Source of the DNA: Acidobacteria bacterium UBA2161 | GTDB lineage: Bacteria > Acidobacteriota > Vicinamibacteria > Vicinamibacterales > UBA823 | NCBI GenBank assembly: GCA_002328835.1 | Contig: DCWN01000042.1 | Coordinates: 1,086-65,085, forward strand | Reading direction: 5' to 3' | Length of the DNA: 64,000 nucleotides | Shown here: piece after piece, positions 59,441 through 64,000 of the stretch | Layout: every line of letters begins with the position of its first letter | Position numbering within the stretch: position 1 is the first letter of the stretch | Translations under genes and position numbers: made by a program | The notes under the pieces: model-generated | The model's input: only the letters and a program-made list of their open reading frames with translations | What the model was told of the DNA's origin: nothing | Databases searched by the model: none

Positions 59441-60907
59441 CTGTCGACTCGAGAGACGTTCTCATCCCGGTGGGGGCTCATCCTGGCGGGCCTGGGCATG
59501 GCCGTCGGAACCGGGAATCTCTGGCGGTTTCCGCGAATTGCGGCCCAGAACGGCGGCGCGGCGTTCCTCATCCCTTGGTTCATCTTCCTCTTCGTCTGGT
59601 CGTTGCCGTTGATCATCGCCGAGTTCGGTATCGGTCGTGGCGCCCGCCGCGGTGTGGTCGGCGCTTTCAGCTCGCTGATCGGCGGGCGGTTCGCCTGGAT
59701 GGGCGGATTCATCGCTGTCACGACGGTGATGATCCTCTTCTACTACTCGGTCGTCACTGGTTGGGCGCTGAAGTACTTCCTCCTGAGCGCCAGTGGCGGC
59801 CTCGCGGGCCAGGCCCCGGCGGCGTACTGGGACGCCTACAGCAGCTCGATCTGGCAGCCGATCGCATTCCACCTGGCCGCCGTCGGGATCGGGGCCGCGG
59901 TCATCCTGCGCGGTGTCGTCTCGGGAATCGAGCGCGCGAACCGGGTGCTGATTCCGACCCTGTTCGTCTTGCTCATCGTGGCCGTCGCGCGCTCGGTGAC
60001 GCTGCCTGGCGCCGATCGAGGCTTGGAGTTTCTGTTCAATCCAGACCTCTCGACGCTGACGAACTATCGAACATGGCTCGAAGCCCTGACGCAGTCGGCG
60101 TGGTCGACCGGCGCCGGGTGGGGGATGATTCTGACCTACGCCACCTACATGCGGAAGAGCGATGACGTGGTCCTGAACGCCACGATCATTGGCTTCGGTG
60201 ACAACTCCGCGTCGCTCCTGGCGGGCATGGCGGTCGTCCCGACGGCGTTCGCGATCCTCTCGACCGAAGAGGCGATGACGGTGATGGCGTCGAGCAACTA
60301 CGGCCTGACGTTCATCTGGATCCCGCAGCTGTTCGAGCGGGTGCCGGGGGGTGCGATCTTCCTGCCACTGTTCTTCCTCGCCCTATTCTCGGCGGCCCTG
60401 TCCTCCCTCATCGCCATGATCGAACTCGCCACGCGCATTCTCATCGACGGAGGGATGGTCCGGCGGCGGGCGGTGCGTTTGGTCGCCGGGGCGGTCGCGG
60501 TGTGCGGCATTCCCTCGGCCGTGAACGTCAACATCCTCGAGAACCAGGACTGGGTCTGGGGCATCGCCCTGATGATCAGCGGGTTGTTCATTTCGATTGC
60601 GGCGACGCAGTACGGGCAGGAGCGATTCCGCGATGAGTTGGTCAACGTGCCGGGGAACGACTTCAACCTGGGGCGCGTGTACAGCTGGATCCTGAAGTAT
60701 CTCGTCCCGGCGGAGTTCGTCGCGATGTTCGCCTGGTGGATGTATCAGGCGGCGACCGTCTACGATCCCGACGGGTGGTGGAATCCGACGCACACCTTTT
60801 CGGTCGGCACCTGCCTCGTGCAGTGGGGCCTGGCGCTCGTGCTGTTGATCAGTTTCAACAAACGGATGGCGCGGGCCAGCGTCGCCGGCTCGGCGGAGGC
60901 CGCATGA
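59441..60907 (+). CDS. sodium-dependent transporter, NSS (SNF) family; N-terminus extended to a probable CTG start
   Basis: RETFSSRWGLILAGLGMAVGTGNLWRFPRIAAQNGGAAF aligns with the NSS N-terminus (LeuT [39 protein letters not shown]). The first ATG (59498) would delete TM1. GGAGG at 59431-59435 lies 5 nt before CTG 59441. Confidence 0.8.
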   Translation: MSTRETFSSRWGLILAGLGMAVGTGNLWRFPRIAAQNGGAAFLIPWFIFLFVWSLPLIIAEFGIGRGARRGVVGAFSSLIGGRFAWMGGFIAVTTVMILFYYSVVTGWALKYFLLSASGGLAGQAPAAYWDAYSSSIWQPIAFHLAAVGIGAAVILRGVVSGIERANRVLIPTLFVLLIVAVARSVTLPGADRGLEFLFNPDLSTLTNYRTWLEALTQSAWSTGAGWGMILTYATYMRKSDDVVLNATIIGFGDNSASLLAGMAVVPTAFAILSTEEAMTVMASSNYGLTFIWIPQLFERVPGGAIFLPLFFLALFSAALSSLIAMIELATRILIDGGMVRRRAVRLVAGAVAVCGIPSAVNVNILENQDWVWGIALMISGLFISIAATQYGQERFRDELVNVPGNDFNLGRVYSWILKYLVPAEFVAMFAWWMYQAATVYDPDGWWNPTHTFSVGTCLVQWGLALVLLISFNKRMARASVAGSAEAA

Positions 60908-61047
60908 GCGGTCGAACGTGGCTGATGATGGCGCTCATGCTCGGCCTCAACTGGGGCGGATTCATCGCCCTGCTCCTCTTCGGCATCCGACGCGAGGCGC
61001 AGAAACGCCGGTCCGCCGCCGTGGAGCAGGATTCCTTCACCGACTGA
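60904..61047 (+). CDS. MetS-like NSS transporter small subunit (47 aa)
   Basis: MSGRTWLMMALMLGLNWGGFIALLLFGIRREAQKRR: a single TM helix with a WGG motif and basic tail. ATGA overlap with the NSS gene stop. Confidence 0.6.
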   Translation: MSGRTWLMMALMLGLNWGGFIALLLFGIRREAQKRRSAAVEQDSFTD

Positions 61048-61750
61048 AGCGATCGTTGCGCCACGGCTCGGCCGTGTCCGAGTAGCCTCGGCTCTCCCAG
61101 AAGCCCTTTCGATCCGCATCCGCGAACTCAATCGCGCGGATCCATTTCGTGCCTTTCCATGCATAGAGCTTCGGCGTGATCATGCGACAGGGCCCGCCGT
61201 GCTCCCGCGGCAGCGGTTGCTCCTCCCAGGTGTGAGCGAGCAGCACGTCGTCCTCGACGGCGCGAGCGAGCGGGAGATTGGTCGTGTAGGGCGTCCCGCT
61301 GCTCGGATCGACGTCGGCGCCGGTGCAGATGACGAACGCCGCGTCCGGCCGCGGCACGACGAGTTCGGCGATCTGGCGGAAGCGAACGCCCCGCCAGCGG
61401 TTGTCGAACCGGCTCCACGTGGTCACGCAGTGGAAGTCACTGACGTCGTCGACCTGTGGCAGGGCCATGAAGTCGTCCCAGGTCAGAGTGAGCGGGTTGT
61501 CGATGAGGCCGCGCAGTTCGAGGCGCCAGGCGCCGCAGGTGACCTCGGGGTGCACGCCGAGATCGAGGACCGGCCAGTTCGAGACGACGCGTTGACCCAC
61601 GGGGAGCTGCGGCATGCCATGCCGATTGGTGGGCCCGCTGCCTTCTGGCGGTCCGGTTGCATCGGCGTCGGCGACGCCGTGTCGAAGCGCGCGCTGACGG
61701 TCGATGTAGCGCTGGCGACGGGCGACGAGTGACGATGGTTCGGTCGGCAT
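61037..61750 (-). CDS. sulfite oxidase-like molybdopterin-binding oxidoreductase
   Basis: WRLELRGLIDNPLTLTWDDFMALPQVDDVSDFHCVTTWSRFDNRWRGVRF is a typical Oxidored_molyb core. Confidence 0.8.
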   Translation of the reverse strand: MPTEPSSLVARRQRYIDRQRALRHGVADADATGPPEGSGPTNRHGMPQLPVGQRVVSNWPVLDLGVHPEVTCGAWRLELRGLIDNPLTLTWDDFMALPQVDDVSDFHCVTTWSRFDNRWRGVRFRQIAELVVPRPDAAFVICTGADVDPSSGTPYTTNLPLARAVEDDVLLAHTWEEQPLPREHGGPCRMITPKLYAWKGTKWIRAIEFADADRKGFWESRGYSDTAEPWRNDRFSR

Positions 61751-61833
61751 GGCCCCAGCATATCGGATGTGCGCGAGGGCGAGGCGCCGACCGCCGTGCT
61801 ATCGTGGGACGTCGAAGCTGAAAGGAGCGCTAC

Positions 61834-62274
61834 GTGATGGGGTATCCCGAGTTCATGATCGCGCCGATGCGCGAGGAACTGACCCGGTTGGGCGTGCGGG
61901 AACTGCGGACGCCCGCCGATGTTGATTCCATCGTCCGAGACACGGACGGCACGGTGATGGTCGTCGTCAACTCCGTCTGTGGGTGCGCGGCGGGCAAGGC
62001 CCGGCCGGGCGTGGCCCTCGCCCTCCAGCACTCGACCACACCCGACGTCGTGGCGACCGTGTTCGCGGGCGCGGATACCGAAGCGACCGAACAGGCGCGG
62101 GCGCTGTTTGCCGGATATCCGCCGTCGTCACCGGCGATCGGTCTGCTGCGGAAGGGCCAATTGGTTTACATGATGGAACGTCACCAGATCGAAGGCCAGG
62201 AAGCCCCCGCCATCGCGCGTCAGTTGATCGACGCGTTTGACGAGCATTGTTCGAAGGCCGCAGTCGACGGATAG
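61834..62274 (+). CDS. bacilliredoxin BrxA/BrxB (YphP/YqiW, DUF1094) family
   Basis: YPEFMIAPMREELTRLGVRELRTPADVD...VVNSVCGCAAGKARP carries the CGC redox motif. AAGGAG upstream. Confidence 0.8.
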   Translation: MMGYPEFMIAPMREELTRLGVRELRTPADVDSIVRDTDGTVMVVVNSVCGCAAGKARPGVALALQHSTTPDVVATVFAGADTEATEQARALFAGYPPSSPAIGLLRKGQLVYMMERHQIEGQEAPAIARQLIDAFDEHCSKAAVDG

Positions 62275-62295
62275 CGGCCCTTCCAAGCACGGGGC

Positions 62296-62324
62296 ACGAC
62301 AGGCGGTGCGCGGCGCCGCCTGTC
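62296..62324. terminator. GC-rich hairpin between convergent genes (possible bidirectional terminator)
   Basis: CGACAGGCGG (62296-62305) and CCGCCTGTCG (62315-62324) are perfect 10-bp inverted repeats with a 9-nt loop. No clear U-tract. Confidence 0.4.
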
Positions 62325-62340
62325 GTCTGTACGGGCGAGG

Positions 62341-63330
62341 TCAGACGGCCGGGGGCAGGAGGGCCAGCGGAACGCGATGAGCGTGGCGCTCGAGGGTGGC
62401 ACGCACCACGTCGGCCATGCCATCGAGAAAGCGGGGGGCGTCGTTGACGGCGGCCGCGCGCACCACGGAAAGGCCGATCTCGCTGCACAGCCCAACCGCC
62501 TCCACGTCGAGGTCGTAGAGCACCTCGACATGATCGGCAACGAAGCCGATCGGGCAGAGGATCGCCGCCTCGAGGCCGGTGGTGCGGGCGTCGCGAAGGT
62601 AGTCGCAGACGTCGGGTTCGAGCCAGGGATCGCCGGGTCGGCCGCTCCGGCTCTGATACACCAACGCCCAGTCCCGACCTTTGACCCGTTGGGCCACGGC
62701 CGCACACGACTCGCCGAGCTGGGCTTCGTAGAGGCTGTTTTGTGCCATCTCCTGTGGGATGCTGTGGGCCGTGAAGACGAGTCGGGCACGAGGGCGCAGG
62801 TGTTCGGGTAATCCGCCCTCCGCCGCCCGAATGCGATCGGCCAGCGTCTCCACGAAGCCGGGATGGGTATGCCAGGGCCCGACGTAGGTGACCTTCACAT
62901 CGACATCGCCACGCTCGGCGAGTTGCTGCCGGGCATCGGTCACGTTCCGCCGGTATTGTTCGCAGCTCGAATAGGAGGCGTGCGGGGCCATGATGAACCC
63001 GATCGCGTGCCGCACGCCGGCGTGTGACATCTCGAGCAGCGTGTCAGCGAGGAACGGATGCCAGTTGCGCATGCCAACGTACACCGGCAGGCGCTGGCCG
63101 GCATCGGCGAGGCGCGCGCTCAGACCACCGGCTTGTTGGCGCGTGAGTTCGGTGATGGGTGAGACGCCATTGAAGTGGTCGTAGTGCGCGGCGACCTCCT
63201 CGACGCGGGCCTCGCTGACACGCCGACCGCGGAGCACGTTGGCGAGAAACGGGCGGACATCGTCGGGCCCGTTGGGCCCGCCGAACGAGATCACCAAGAC
63301 GGCATCGAACGGATGTGAGCGGTCGACCAT
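62341..63330 (-). CDS. hemH: ferrochelatase
   Basis: VLVISFGGP, FTAHSIP, typical HemH layout. Confidence 0.9.
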   Translation of the reverse strand: MVDRSHPFDAVLVISFGGPNGPDDVRPFLANVLRGRRVSEARVEEVAAHYDHFNGVSPITELTRQQAGGLSARLADAGQRLPVYVGMRNWHPFLADTLLEMSHAGVRHAIGFIMAPHASYSSCEQYRRNVTDARQQLAERGDVDVKVTYVGPWHTHPGFVETLADRIRAAEGGLPEHLRPRARLVFTAHSIPQEMAQNSLYEAQLGESCAAVAQRVKGRDWALVYQSRSGRPGDPWLEPDVCDYLRDARTTGLEAAILCPIGFVADHVEVLYDLDVEAVGLCSEIGLSVVRAAAVNDAPRFLDGMADVVRATLERHAHRVPLALLPPAV

Positions 63331-63438
63331 GACACTGCGGAGCCACGCGGATTCTATACCAGCGATTCCGCCGGGCGCGTGTTGTTGCGCCGGCGCTCCG
63401 CCTCACGATATGGTCACGGGACCGCCTTCGCCTTGCAC

Positions 63439-64000
63439 ATGACGATGAGTAGGACGCTACGTAGCGCGACTGTTGCGGCGCTCGTGGGCGTATGCGCCGC
63501 TTCGGCCGCCGCACAGCCCGAACGGCTGACCATCGACCGCGGCGCCCTCGGCGCCTGGCACGCGCTGCAGCGGCTGCGAACGTTCGGCAGCGTCCTGCAC
63601 ACGACGGCGCACCCGGATGACGAACACGGTGGCGTCCTGACCTGGTTGAGCCGGGGGCAGGGGGTCCGCGTGAGTCTGCTGACCCTGACACGGGGCGAAG
63701 GCGGGGACAACGCGATCGGTCCAGAACTGTTCGATGCGCTTGGCCTGATCCGCACCGAAGAGCTGCTGGCGGCGAATCGGTACTACGGCGTCGACCGGCA
63801 GTACTTCACCTCGATGGTCGACTACGGCTTCTCCAAACGTCTGGAAGAGGCCTGGGAGAAGTGGGATCGCCGAACGCTGCTCGGAGAAGTCGTGGCCGTG
63901 CTTCGCACCGAACGGCCTGTCGTGGTCCTGTCGCGATTTCAGGGGGCGCCGCGCGATGGCCACGGCAACCACATGGCCGCAGGGGCCATCACGCGCGAGG
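63439..64000 (+). CDS. PIG-L/LmbE-family deacetylase, exported, partial (continues past the window end)
   Basis: ATG 63439 gives MTMSRTLRSATVAALVGVCAASAAAQP (signal peptide). AHPDDE motif (TTAHPDDEHGG), LTRGEGG. The ORF is open to the window end and is absent from the ORF track because it has no stop. Confidence 0.75.
   Translation, partial: MTMSRTLRSATVAALVGVCAASAAAQPERLTIDRGALGAWHALQRLRTFGSVLHTTAHPDDEHGGVLTWLSRGQGVRVSLLTLTRGEGGDNAIGPELFDALGLIRTEELLAANRYYGVDRQYFTSMVDYGFSKRLEEAWEKWDRRTLLGEVVAVLRTERPVVVLSRFQGAPRDGHGNHMAAGAITRE

Overview
High-GC (roughly two-thirds G+C) bacterial chromosomal segment, densely packed with housekeeping genes. The protein sequences look Acidobacteriota- or Gemmatimonadota-like, but that is only an impression and is unverified. 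I support about 60 CDS and one tRNA-Gly(CCC). I found no rRNA, no CRISPR array and no intact mobile element. The left edge carries a decayed integrase scar next to the tRNA. The most interesting feature is at 22000-22275. A near-consensus promoter, a Shine-Dalgarno-preceded 43-codon leader ORF with eight consecutive aromatic codons (Y-W-W-W-F-F-Y-F), and mutually exclusive 1:2 / 2:3 / 3:4 RNA pairings ending in a U-tract terminator sit 35 nt upstream of an aromatic amino acid supraoperon: aroD-aroE fusion, trpEGDCFBA, DAHP synthase, a short tyrA, and an orphan JAMM protease. This looks like a classical ribosome-mediated attenuator reading all three aromatic amino acids. Secondary observations:
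- a kinase-less triple-PASTA protein in the PrkC slot of a def-fmt-rsmB...rpe cluster
- a SpoIVB-type S55 peptidase coupled to a beta-propeller protein
- an ECF sigma / ZAS anti-sigma pair with a sigmaE-like promoter
- an hspR-cbpA-clpB operon with a consensus promoter but no canonical HAIR operator
- an NSS transporter that appears to need a CTG start, plus a MetS-like small subunit
- a structured RNase J leader
- a C-rich rho leader
- a possible leaderless pepA
Gene starts were corrected by hand where the six-frame ORFs over-extend, which is common at this GC content. All family assignments come from motif recognition by eye, not from database searches.
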